Shown piece after piece: positions 1 through 7,634 of a stretch of DNA of 13,723 nt. Source of the DNA: Candidatus Dadabacteria bacterium (GTDB taxonomy: Bacteria > Desulfobacterota_D > UBA1144 > Nemesobacterales > CSP1-2); contig PSLL01000027.1 of the NCBI GenBank assembly GCA_040289575.1, positions 12,944-26,666 on the forward strand. Direction: 5' to 3'. The notes under the pieces are model-generated. The model was not told the origin of the DNA. It saw nothing but the letters and a program-made list of their open reading frames with translations, and made no database searches. Position numbers and translations under genes: made by a program. The number at the start of each line of letters is the position of its first letter. Position 1 is the stretch's first letter.

Positions 1-996
1 CAGCTTGCATTTGGCCCCGATGATGGCTACTTATACCTGGGCACGGGAGACGGCGGCGGGGCTGGAGATCCAAGCGGGAATGCGCAGAATCCTAATTCAC
101 TTCTCGGTAAGATACTTCGGATTGATGTTGAATCCGGAAATCCAACCAGGCAGAACCCAACCACATACACTATTCCCTCTACCAATCCGTACGCCCAAAC
201 CCAGGGTTATCGAGGCGAGATTTGGGCACTCGGGTTGCGTAATCCCTGGCGCTTCTCATTTGATCGACAGACGCATGACCTCTATATTGGCGATGTAGGT
301 CAGGACACAGAAGAGGAGGTTGATTTTCAATCGGCTTCGAGCACAGGCGGCGAAAACTACGGCTGGAATATACTGGAGGGATCATTGTGTTTTAATCCGC
401 CGTCTGGATGTGTTCCGCCGAGCATGTATTCGCCGCCTGTGTCTGAATATAATCATGGATCGAATGATTCAATAGGATGCGCTGTTACCGGCGGCTTCGT
501 CTACCGTGGAGTAAATTATCCCGATATGCAGGGCATCTATTTCTACGGAGACTACTGCACCGGACGAATTTGGGGGTTGAAGTTTGACGGCAGTGCATGG
601 CAAAGCACCCTTCTTCTCGATACCACATATACCATAAGCACATTTGGTGAGGGTGAAGACGGTAATCTCTATCTAGCGGATTACGCCAACGGCGACATAT
701 ATATGTTAAAAACCGGTCCGAACTGTGTTGGGATCAGTTCCTTTGTTATTAAAGGGAAGGTTGAGACGGCTTCGGGGAATTCAATCCCCGGCGTTATGAT
801 TACACTTAGTGGCCCCAACAAATGCACAGATATAAAGACAACAAATACGCTGGGGAAGTATCGGTTTCAGAAGCTGTCTAACGGAACGTACATTGTAACG
901 CCCAGTAGGGCGGGGTGCAGTTTCACGCCGCCCAGCCAGATGGTGACGATCTCAGGAATCAGAGAGGTGGCGAAATTTACTGGGAGCTGTCCGTAG
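1..996 (+). CDS. PQQ-dependent glucose/sorbosone dehydrogenase-family (GSDH) beta-propeller protein with C-terminal carboxypeptidase-regulatory-like beta-sandwich; 5' end lies outside the window
   Basis: Frame 1 is open from base 1: QLAFGPDDGYLYLGTGDGGGAGDPSGNAQNPNSLLGKILRIDVE...EIWALGLRNPWRFSFD...DVGQ...EEVD...GGENYGW...GCAVTGGFVYRG...YFYGDYC...ISTFGEGEDGNLY. These are typical GSDH motifs. The tail IKGKVETASGNSIPGVMITLSG...TTNTLGKYRFQKLSNGTYIVTPS resembles CarboxypepD_reg/SdrD-B-like domains. The track start at 235 is an internal Leu codon. Confidence 0.88.
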   Translation, partial: QLAFGPDDGYLYLGTGDGGGAGDPSGNAQNPNSLLGKILRIDVESGNPTRQNPTTYTIPSTNPYAQTQGYRGEIWALGLRNPWRFSFDRQTHDLYIGDVGQDTEEEVDFQSASSTGGENYGWNILEGSLCFNPPSGCVPPSMYSPPVSEYNHGSNDSIGCAVTGGFVYRGVNYPDMQGIYFYGDYCTGRIWGLKFDGSAWQSTLLLDTTYTISTFGEGEDGNLYLADYANGDIYMLKTGPNCVGISSFVIKGKVETASGNSIPGVMITLSGPNKCTDIKTTNTLGKYRFQKLSNGTYIVTPSRAGCSFTPPSQMVTISGIREVAKFTGSCP

Positions 997-1097
997 AGAG
1001 ATAAAGGTTTTCAAAATATATTTGGAAGTAATGTCCAATGCGCGGGATAGCTTGTTAGCCTTCCATTAGTTTAATAATCCGGAATGGGAATTGAATT

Positions 1098-2312
1098 TCA
1101 TCCTGGAATCAGGTGTACATTTACTCTACTTCCCTCTGGGATATGTGTTACATACCCCGGAACAATGATGAGGCAATTTGATAGGGCGAATGATCTGAGT
1201 ATATGCGAGCCCTGGGTGCCTCTTGATTTTACATAGAATGAACCATCCTTTTTTTCTAAAAGCCCCCTTAAAAAATAGGTCTTACTATCCGGTCTCTTCC
1301 TTATCTCTTCTAAAAGCGTGGCTTCGATCTCTATGAGAAACACGTCTTTTTTCCCAGCCATCTTTCTAAGCGCGGGTCTTACGTACTCGTAAAAACAGAC
1401 AAGCGTTGAAGCGGGATTCCCCGGGAGACCAAAAATCAGGGTACCATTTCTCCTACCGAAGAACATAGGCCCGCCGGGCCTCTGAGCGATCCTCCAAAAG
1501 ATTCCCTCTACCCCCATGTTACGAAGGGCGTCTTTGACATAGTCGTAATCACCAATCGAGACGCCGCCAGTGACGATTAAGGCATCGCACCAGCGGAGCC
1601 CATTTCTCAATCTCTCTTCAATGTTGTTGATCTCGCCTTTTACCCGTCCAAGAGACAAGGACTCGGCTTTTTCCCTCGAAAGAACCGATCGAAGCATTAT
1701 AGAATTTGTATCCCTGATCTTCCCTGGCCTCGGCTCCTCGTCGAATCCAACTACCTCTTCTCCCGTTATAAGAAAAGCAACCCTTGGCTTCCTATATACC
1801 TTTATACTTTTGATTCCAAGCTCCGCAATAAAACCCATGGCTGCAGGGCTGATCGTCGTTTCCTTCTCTAAGGCGATTTCTCCTTTTTTTATCTCTTCTC
1901 CTTTATATCTGACATTTTCGCCCGGACTTACCGATCTCTTAATTTTCACAATTCCCTCTTCTTCCTCCGTATACTCGACCATCAAGACAGAATCTGCTCC
2001 TTCAGGCAGGGGAGCGCCGGTCATAATCTTTGTGGCTTCTTTGTCCCTAATTGAGAAATTAGGGTAATCCCCCGCCTGTATTGTCCCTACAATTCTCAGT
2101 GAAATGGGACTGCCTTCATTTGCCCCTTTTGTATCCCTGCTTTTCAGGGCATAGCCATCCATTGCGGAGTTTGTAAAATATGGGAGATCCAGGGGGCTGA
2201 TAATATCCTCTGCAAGAACAAGCCCCTCTGATTCGGTCATGGGGATCTCGACGGGTTCCAGAACATTTGTATTCTCTAAAATCAACCTTTGAGCCTCTTC
2301 TACCGAAATCAT
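1098..2312 (-). CDS. moeA: Molybdopterin molybdotransferase MoeA (gephyrin-like)
   Basis: MISVEEAQ N-terminus, PYFTNSAMDGYA, IMTGAPLPEGADSV, ITGEE, IRDTN, TGGVSIGDYD, FGLPGNPAS and QGSHIL motifs. ATG at 2312 is preceded by AAGGA. The track's TTG start at 2360 lies inside the MITE. Confidence 0.95.
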   Translation of the reverse strand: MISVEEAQRLILENTNVLEPVEIPMTESEGLVLAEDIISPLDLPYFTNSAMDGYALKSRDTKGANEGSPISLRIVGTIQAGDYPNFSIRDKEATKIMTGAPLPEGADSVLMVEYTEEEEGIVKIKRSVSPGENVRYKGEEIKKGEIALEKETTISPAAMGFIAELGIKSIKVYRKPRVAFLITGEEVVGFDEEPRPGKIRDTNSIMLRSVLSREKAESLSLGRVKGEINNIEERLRNGLRWCDALIVTGGVSIGDYDYVKDALRNMGVEGIFWRIAQRPGGPMFFGRRNGTLIFGLPGNPASTLVCFYEYVRPALRKMAGKKDVFLIEIEATLLEEIRKRPDSKTYFLRGLLEKKDGSFYVKSRGTQGSHILRSFALSNCLIIVPGYVTHIPEGSRVNVHLIPG

Positions 2313-2347
2313 TTGTTTATCTCTGTCCTTTTTAAATAATAGCGTTT

Positions 2348-2495
2348 TGCTCTGTTGCAAAGATAATATATAACACGATAGACGGGGTTTTCTAACCCCT
2401 TTAGATTCTATACCAAAATGTAGGCTCTTTCACCGAACGATAAATAGAGCTTATGAGGGCATCAGCCTCTACAATACGATGCTTGCAACAAAGCA
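2348..2495. mobile_element. MITE copy 1 (148 bp, non-autonomous, IS6-like terminal inverted repeats)
   Basis: Left end TGCTCTGTTGCAA, right end TTGCAACAAAGCA (inverted, 1 mismatch). Flanked by ATAGCGTTT (2339-2347) and ATAGCATTT (2496-2504), an 8/9 direct repeat. Near-identical second copy at 9458-9606. Confidence 0.85.
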
Positions 2496-2521
2496 ATAGC
2501 ATTTCGATAGATAATATTGAG

Positions 2522-2700
2522 TAGAAGCTATCTCAAGGATACCCCAAGTGTTGTTCTGAAGGAGCTCTTTGGGTTATACTCGGGGTAAACTCCGCGAATC
2601 ATCTTAAGTTCATGCCTACATTATTAGATTCTTCAGCTGCGGAGTTTACCCCGACGCGGTGAAGTGCTCAGCATGACAAACTGTTTTGAGATGACTTCTA
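2522..2700. repeat. Second, unrelated MITE/REP-like element (179 bp) with nested inverted repeats
   Basis: Terminal IR TAGAAGCTATCTCAA (2522-2536) / TTGAGATGACTTCTA (2686-2700), 13/15. Internal perfect 16-bp IR TCGGGGTAAACTCCGC (2580-2595) / GCGGAGTTTACCCCGA (2639-2654). GTAG and CTAG sit at the two ends. Confidence 0.7.
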
Positions 2701-2724
2701 GTAAATCGCCGCGGGCGAGCATCC

Positions 2725-3099
2725 TTACAGTAATGATTTTACAAATAGGTCTATCTTTTTTACGTTCTCATATGCGGTAGAGCTATCTTTCATAATATAG
2801 CCTCTTACTCCAATTTTAAAACACTCATGCAATCTATTTGAATCCGATATACTTGTAAACATTATTACGGGGATCTTTCTCAATTCAGAGTCGGCTTTTA
2901 GAATCTTTAAGACCTCAATACCATTTAACTTGGGCATTTCAATATCAAGAATAATTACATCGGGCTTAAAGGAATCTATCTTGATAAATGAATCTTCACC
3001 ATCAACAGCGGTTTCCACTTCATACTTGTTGTCTCTGAGCACCTTACTGTAAAGATTCCTCAAAGATTCATCGTCTTCAACCAATAGTACCTTGACCAT
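2725..3099 (-). CDS. Single-domain response regulator (CheY-like receiver)
   Basis: KVLLVEDD acidic pocket, PDVIILDIEMPKLNG phospho-acceptor Asp, IPVIMFTS and GYIMK. No output domain. Confidence 0.93.
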   Translation of the reverse strand: MVKVLLVEDDESLRNLYSKVLRDNKYEVETAVDGEDSFIKIDSFKPDVIILDIEMPKLNGIEVLKILKADSELRKIPVIMFTSISDSNRLHECFKIGVRGYIMKDSSTAYENVKKIDLFVKSLL

Positions 3100-3290
3100 T
3101 TCTTTGGCCTCTGTGGTTAATCCTAACCAGTTTTATTTATCCCCATTGTTACACAAAGGATGCCCTTTTTCAAGCGGGATTGCCTCTCCAGATGCTCATC
3201 CGAACAAGCTCGATTCCGATACAGTAGGGAGAGGGATAATTGTGCTTCTTTTCATACAGAGAGGAGGGTTAAAAGGACAAATACCTTCCA

Positions 3291-3548
3291 CTACTTAGAC
3301 CTAAGTATATCGTCTAATTTTCCCTCTCTTTCGAGTTCTCGGAGTTGGTCATAACCGCCGATGAGATTTCCGTTGATCAGGATTATGGGTACAGTCTTCC
3401 ATCCTATTTCTTCCGTTATCTTTCTTTTTGCTGACGGGTTCTTTGTTAAATCAATCTCCTCGTATTCCACACCCCTGCTATCAAGGAGCGCCTTTGCCGC
3501 ACGGCAGTAAGGACAGTATGTCGTTGTGTAGATTACAACACTGCTCAA
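3291..3548 (-). CDS. grxC: Glutaredoxin (Grx3-like, dithiol)
   Basis: CPYC active site, TVP cis-Pro motif and IGGYD. TTG start with GGGGAGG Shine-Dalgarno upstream (3559-3565). Confidence 0.9.
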   Translation of the reverse strand: MSSVVIYTTTYCPYCRAAKALLDSRGVEYEEIDLTKNPSAKRKITEEIGWKTVPIILINGNLIGGYDQLRELEREGKLDDILRSK

Positions 3549-3724
3549 ATTCTATTTGCCTCCCCAGATGAGCTTATAATCCTTTATGATGCTCTATCTC
3601 TATGGGAGTTTCAAGTTTTAATTTAGAGATTGGGAGACCAATTCTCTGTTGTCTTTTTGTAAAAGAAGTGGTTTTCTCTGTTCAATATGGTATAAATATC
3701 TGGATTTCTTTATGAGGTGATTTC

Positions 3725-4348
3725 ATGGTTAGACTTCTGCCGAGAGAAGAAAAATTTTTCGATTACTTTGACAGCGCATCGGAGAAGATGATTCGTGGGA
3801 TAAGGCTCCTTAAAGAAATGATGCGGGATTTATCGAATGCCGAGGAAAAGGCCAGGCAGATAAAAGAAGTCGAGCACGAAGCCGATCGTATAACCCACGA
3901 GACCGTATCCAGCTTGCATAAGACTTTTATCACACCGATTGACCGGGAATCAATTTATGCCCTTATAACTAGAATGGATGATGTTCTTGACCTTATTGAC
4001 TCTACCTCAGAGAGGGTTCTTCTCTACAGGATAAAAATCTCGACGCCTGAATCTATTACTTTAATTGAGGTTCTTGAGAAGGCTGTAGAACAGGTCGCAA
4101 AGGGCATAAGCGGGCTTAGGGATTTAAAAAATTCCAGTTCAATATTGAGCATCTGTATAGAAATCAATCGGCTCGAAAATGAAGGAGACAGGATATTTAG
4201 AAATGCGCTTTCGATCCTATTTAGTTCATCTTATGACCCGATTGAGATAATAAAATGGAAAGACGTGTATGAAACACTTGAAGAGGCAATTGACCGTTGT
4301 GAAGATGTGGCAAACGTCCTCGAAGGGATAGTTGTTGAGAATGTCTAA
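3725..4348 (+). CDS. DUF47 (PhoU-like) phosphate transport regulator
   Basis: LLPREEKFFD, EHEAD, TFITPIDRE, MDDVLD, RLENEGD and IKWKDVYETLEEAIDRCEDVANVLEGI motifs. GAGGTG SD. Overlaps the pit start. Confidence 0.93.
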   Translation: MVRLLPREEKFFDYFDSASEKMIRGIRLLKEMMRDLSNAEEKARQIKEVEHEADRITHETVSSLHKTFITPIDRESIYALITRMDDVLDLIDSTSERVLLYRIKISTPESITLIEVLEKAVEQVAKGISGLRDLKNSSSILSICIEINRLENEGDRIFRNALSILFSSSYDPIEIIKWKDVYETLEEAIDRCEDVANVLEGIVVENV

Positions 4349-5342
4349 TCCTCAACTGGTCTTTATCGCCTTTGTCATTTTTGTCGCTCTGGTATTCGAT
4401 TTTACAAATGGCATCCATGACGCGGCAAACTCCATTGCCACGATTGTCTCTACTCGTGTATTGACCCCAAGACAGGCGGTTCTTTGGGCTGCCTTTTTTA
4501 ATTTTATCGCGTTCCTTGTCTTTGGAACATCTGTGGCAAAGACGGTCGGCAAGGGTTTGATTGATATTAACGCTGTAACCCCTCCGGTTATTTTTGCAGG
4601 GCTTATTGGCGCCATCAGTTGGAATCTCATAACATGGTATCTGGGATTGCCAACGAGCTCATCCCATGCTTTGATTGGCGGTTATGCCGGAGCGGCCATT
4701 GCGAAGGCTGGCACACACGTAATAATCATAACCGGCTGGTCTAAAACCCTTGTCTTTATCTTCCTTGCCCCGGTTATCGGTTTAATCCTGGGATTGATCT
4801 TTATAATTATTGCTACATGGATGGTCTATAGACACACCCCTACTTATGTAAATAAATGGTTTCGGCGTCTCCAATTTGTTTCTGCCGCCCTCTATAGCCT
4901 GGGCCATGGGGGCAATGACGCGCAAAAGACAATGGGAATCATCACGGGACTGCTAGTTACCGGGGGACTTCTCCACGACTTTACTATTCCCCTTTGGGTG
5001 GTACTCAGTGCTCAGATGGCTATGGCCTTAGGAACCCTCCTAGGCGGCTGGAGGATTGTCAAGACTATGGGTCAGAGGATTACCAAATTGGGTCCGATTG
5101 AGGGGTTTTGTGCGGAGACTGCGAGCGCGGTAAGCATCTTTCTCGCTACCCATCTCGGCATACCCGTCAGTACGACTCATGTAATTACAGGCGCAATCTC
5201 CGGCGTAGGGTCATCTAAGGGATTCTCCAGCGTGCGATGGGGCGTGACTTTAAGGATTGTTTGGGCGTGGATTTTCACTATTCCTGGCGCGGCTTTTATT
5301 GCCGGGTCTCTTTACTACTTGCTCGAATTAATTTTTAAATAG
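4341..5342 (+). CDS. pit: Inorganic phosphate transporter, PiT family
   Basis: FDFTNGIHDAANSIAT and GHGGNDAQKTMG signatures, GLPTSSSHALIGG, GIPVSTTH, VRWG. ATG at 4341 overlaps the DUF47 3' end by 8 nt. Confidence 0.95.
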   Translation: MSNPQLVFIAFVIFVALVFDFTNGIHDAANSIATIVSTRVLTPRQAVLWAAFFNFIAFLVFGTSVAKTVGKGLIDINAVTPPVIFAGLIGAISWNLITWYLGLPTSSSHALIGGYAGAAIAKAGTHVIIITGWSKTLVFIFLAPVIGLILGLIFIIIATWMVYRHTPTYVNKWFRRLQFVSAALYSLGHGGNDAQKTMGIITGLLVTGGLLHDFTIPLWVVLSAQMAMALGTLLGGWRIVKTMGQRITKLGPIEGFCAETASAVSIFLATHLGIPVSTTHVITGAISGVGSSKGFSSVRWGVTLRIVWAWIFTIPGAAFIAGSLYYLLELIFK

Positions 5343-5352
5343 GAAACCAATC

Positions 5353-5378
5353 GGGGCAATCCTTGGCAATTGCCCTAC
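5353..5378. repeat. REP-like palindrome (GTAG-type, degenerate) immediately after the pit stop
   Basis: GGGCAAT (5354-5360), 8-nt loop, ATTGCCC (5369-5375), then TAC. On the minus strand it reads GTAGGGCAAT..., like GTAG-family REP hairpins. It has no U-tract. Confidence 0.55.
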
Positions 5379-5382
5379 GAAT

Positions 5383-5476
5383 ACTAGTACCAGTCCTAGT
5401 TTGGATTTTATCCCATTATAGAGGCGCCATTGATGGCGTTAATTAATGAGAATTTTAAAATGGAAATTGTACTAGT
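5383..5476. repeat. Degenerate 94-bp inverted-repeat (MITE-like) element
   Basis: ACTAGTAC (5383-5390) / GTACTAGT (5469-5476) form a perfect 8-bp IR, with patchy IR continuing about 18 nt inward. Internal palindrome CGCCAT-TG-ATGGCG (5425-5438) is preceded by TAGAGG. Confidence 0.5.
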
Positions 5477-5520
5477 TTTTAGGAGGAATTTCGATTAAAC
5501 TAAAGTGCGGCCTATAATAG

Positions 5521-6060
5521 ATGAAGAGACTCTTTATAACCTTAATCCTCTTTGTTGCTCTCTTTAGCTCCTGCTCGATTGTTAGATTTGCCCGTTTTTA
5601 TGCCTCTGCCGATGATCAGAAAGGTAGGCTTACAGGGCAGGTTTATGAATCTAAATTTACCAGTTATGAGATTGGAAGTCTTTCGGATAGCTGGGAGAGG
5701 ATTAAAATTGAGGGTGGAGACATTGCTTTCTGGAACAGCAAGGTCGGGGCAACGATAACCGTAAATTCAACGTGCAATCAGAAGGGTAAATACAGCCTCA
5801 AGGCCCTTTCCGAACCCCTTGTTATAGGGATTGCAGATAAGCGAATGTTAGGGAGAAATGAACTGAGTATAGACAGCGAAAAGGCGCTTGAGAGCATATA
5901 CCTGGGAAGGCTCGATAGTGCTTCTATAAAACTGAGTACCGTGGTTCTAAAAAAGGGCAGTTGCGTTTATGATCTCACATATGCCTCCTCGCCGGATAAT
6001 TTCGCTCGCGGATTCGGCGATTTCAAGGAATTCATCTCAAAATTCCGGGTGATTAAATGA
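5521..6060 (+). CDS. Hypothetical lipoprotein
   Basis: MKR plus hydrophobic stretch plus lipobox LFSSC (Cys18). Two further Cys (NSTC, KKGSCVYD). Stop overlaps the mlaE start (ATGA). Confidence 0.8.
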   Translation: MKRLFITLILFVALFSSCSIVRFARFYASADDQKGRLTGQVYESKFTSYEIGSLSDSWERIKIEGGDIAFWNSKVGATITVNSTCNQKGKYSLKALSEPLVIGIADKRMLGRNELSIDSEKALESIYLGRLDSASIKLSTVVLKKGSCVYDLTYASSPDNFARGFGDFKEFISKFRVIK

Positions 6061-6833
6061 GGAATTTCACTATTTGGCTCGGGGGATTCTTTATCTCCAT
6101 TCTTGAGGGTTTGGAAGGCGTGGGGGTTCTTATATATAGAACTGTTCGATACAGTCTTACCCGTCCATTTAATCTCAGACTCATTTCAGAGCAGATGGAT
6201 GAAATCGGGTTTAAATCCATCCCGATTGTGATTCTATCTGCCGTGTCAATTGGGATGGTTATGGTGCTTCAGCTCGCCTACGGGTTTAAGAGGTTTGGCG
6301 CAAAGGGGCTTGTAGGTCAGGTTGTTTCGCTTGCGATTGTAAGAGAGTTGGGACCCGTGATTACATCTCTCCTTGTCGGAGGACGGGTAGGCTCAGGGAT
6401 TACAGCAGAAATCGGTTCAATGAAGGTTACGGAGCAGATTGACGCAATAAGAACCCTGGGGGCAGACCCGATAAAGAAGCTCGTTGTTCCAAGGTTTATT
6501 GCGGCTATAATCTCTTTTCCCTTTCTCTCTGCAATCGCCGACCTTGCGGGGATCTTCGGCGGAATGATTATGGCGGACATTCAATTAAATATAAATCCAA
6601 GGCTTTTTATTGAAGCCGTGGTGCAGCAGGTTGATATTTCCGATTTTCTCAGTGGGATAATAAAAACCGTTTTCTTTGGCTTAATAGTCGCAATTATAGG
6701 GTGTTACATTGGAATGAACGCCGAGGGTGGAACGCAAGGGGTGGGAAGGGCTACAACGCTTACAGTCGTGGTCTCTCTCGTGCTTATAATTATAGGGGAT
6801 TTTTTCCTCACAAAGCTATTTTTGGCATTTTGA
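6057..6833 (+). CDS. mlaE: MlaE-family ABC transporter permease (MCE lipid transport)
   Basis: VRELGPVITSLLVGGRVGSGITAEIGSMKVTEQIDAIRTLGADP..LVVPR signature, plus GGTQGVGRATT. Confidence 0.93.
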   Translation: MRNFTIWLGGFFISILEGLEGVGVLIYRTVRYSLTRPFNLRLISEQMDEIGFKSIPIVILSAVSIGMVMVLQLAYGFKRFGAKGLVGQVVSLAIVRELGPVITSLLVGGRVGSGITAEIGSMKVTEQIDAIRTLGADPIKKLVVPRFIAAIISFPFLSAIADLAGIFGGMIMADIQLNINPRLFIEAVVQQVDISDFLSGIIKTVFFGLIVAIIGCYIGMNAEGGTQGVGRATTLTVVVSLVLIIIGDFFLTKLFLAF

Positions 6834-6952
6834 TCTGTCGGGTTAGTAATAAGACCCCCTTGTTACATATTGAATCAAAATGTTCTGTGAACCTATAACG
6901 TAAATCCTAATTCCATTACGTAGAGAGATTATTGTCTATATTAAACCGGCAA

Positions 6953-7432
6953 CTATAAGGAGCCTCTTTTGATTTCAAGAGCCTCCTTATATGTCCTATA
7001 TTTTATATATGCGTTATCCGCTTCGGTTTGTGCCGCTTGATTTAATGACCGATGGTATTGCCTATACCAGTATTCCATTTTTTCTTCAAGGGCATTTAGA
7101 GAATTTTTATTCGCGAGTCTTTTGGCTTCTTGAGATAGAGAGTATTCTGATGATTCAGATTTATTGAATGTATCCGACCACAGTTTTTCAGGTTCGGGAT
7201 TTGTGTTATTAGGCGGCTGTATCTCGGCTTGGCTATCATCAAGAAGGCGTTTCTTATAGTACGACAAGTTTGCATGATCTACGGCTTCGGTTTCGTAGTT
7301 TTTAGCATTCGAGACGGAATCGCTTTTAGACGGAGACTCGAATAAATCCGGGTCATACAGGTAAATAATGCCCACAGCCGACCCAAAGATAGCTAGGAGA
7401 CTTAAACTTATCACCTTTGCTATTGTTTCCAT
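6953..7432 (-). CDS. Hypothetical protein (159 aa): N-terminal transmembrane anchor, S/N/P/E-rich linker, Tyr-rich helical C-terminal region
   Basis: ATG at 7432 (METIAKVISLSLLAIFGSAVGIIYLY...) follows a strong AAGGAGGG SD. The longer track ORF runs through the riboswitch. No recognisable family motif. Confidence 0.75.
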   Translation of the reverse strand: METIAKVISLSLLAIFGSAVGIIYLYDPDLFESPSKSDSVSNAKNYETEAVDHANLSYYKKRLLDDSQAEIQPPNNTNPEPEKLWSDTFNKSESSEYSLSQEAKRLANKNSLNALEEKMEYWYRQYHRSLNQAAQTEADNAYIKYRTYKEALEIKRGSL

Positions 7433-7518
7433 CTTTCCCTCCTTTTCTAAACCAAAAAGGGCTTTAAAGGGGGGAACCAGCCGGGATGAAATAAAGAGGA
7501 TTAGGGTTAAAGAAACTG

Positions 7519-7620
7519 TCTCTACTTCGGCAACCCGGCCACCATATTCGTCTCCCGACGAACTTAGGTCGAAGGCTTTGCGTCCCATCCTTTCGAATGG
7601 TTTGCCCTTTCGGTTAGGAT
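7519..7620 (-). ncRNA. c-di-GMP-I (GEMM) riboswitch aptamer
   Basis: Minus strand reads ...CCGAAAGGGCAAACCAUUC-GAAA-GGAUGGGACGCAAAGCCUUCGACCUAAG-UUCGUC-GGGA-GACGAA-UAUGGUGGCCGGGUUGCCGAAGUAG. It shows the GGCAAA and GACGCAAA motifs, a GAAA tetraloop on P2, the canonical 11-nt receptor CCUAAG/UAUGG in P3 and a GGUUGCCGA 3' end. Equivalents of Vc2 G20 (7606), A47 (7579) and C92 (7529) are all present. Confidence 0.93.
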
Positions 7621-7634
7621 TGGTATTTTGAGAA

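Noticed and set aside
5..385. ORFs 5..298 (+) and 179..385 (-)
   Set aside because: They are shadow frames over the GSDH gene, which is open in frame 1 from base 1.
2313..2360. N-terminal extension of MoeA from TTG at 2360
   Set aside because: The TTG lies in the MITE terminal repeat. The family N-terminus MISVEEA and an SD support 2312.
2348..2495. Possible molybdenum-cofactor riboswitch upstream of moeA
   Set aside because: The structured segment recurs upstream of an unrelated gene and has TIRs and target duplications, so it is better explained as a MITE. I recognise no Moco motif.
3600..3724. Pho box upstream of DUF47-pit
   Set aside because: No convincing 11-bp-spaced CTGTCAT-like direct repeats are visible.
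5481..5520. AGGAGG (5481) and TATAAT (5513-5518) upstream of the lipoprotein
   Set aside because: The SD-like hexamer is about 35 nt from the ATG and TATAAT ends only 2 nt before it. Neither spacing fits a functional element for this start.
7433..7588. 52-aa N-terminal extension of the hypothetical protein (track start 7588)
   Set aside because: It runs through the riboswitch aptamer. The strong SD supports ATG 7432.
7519..7620. 3',3'-cGAMP-sensing (GEMM-Ib) variant
   Set aside because: The specificity position equivalent to Vc2 nucleotide 20 is G, not A.
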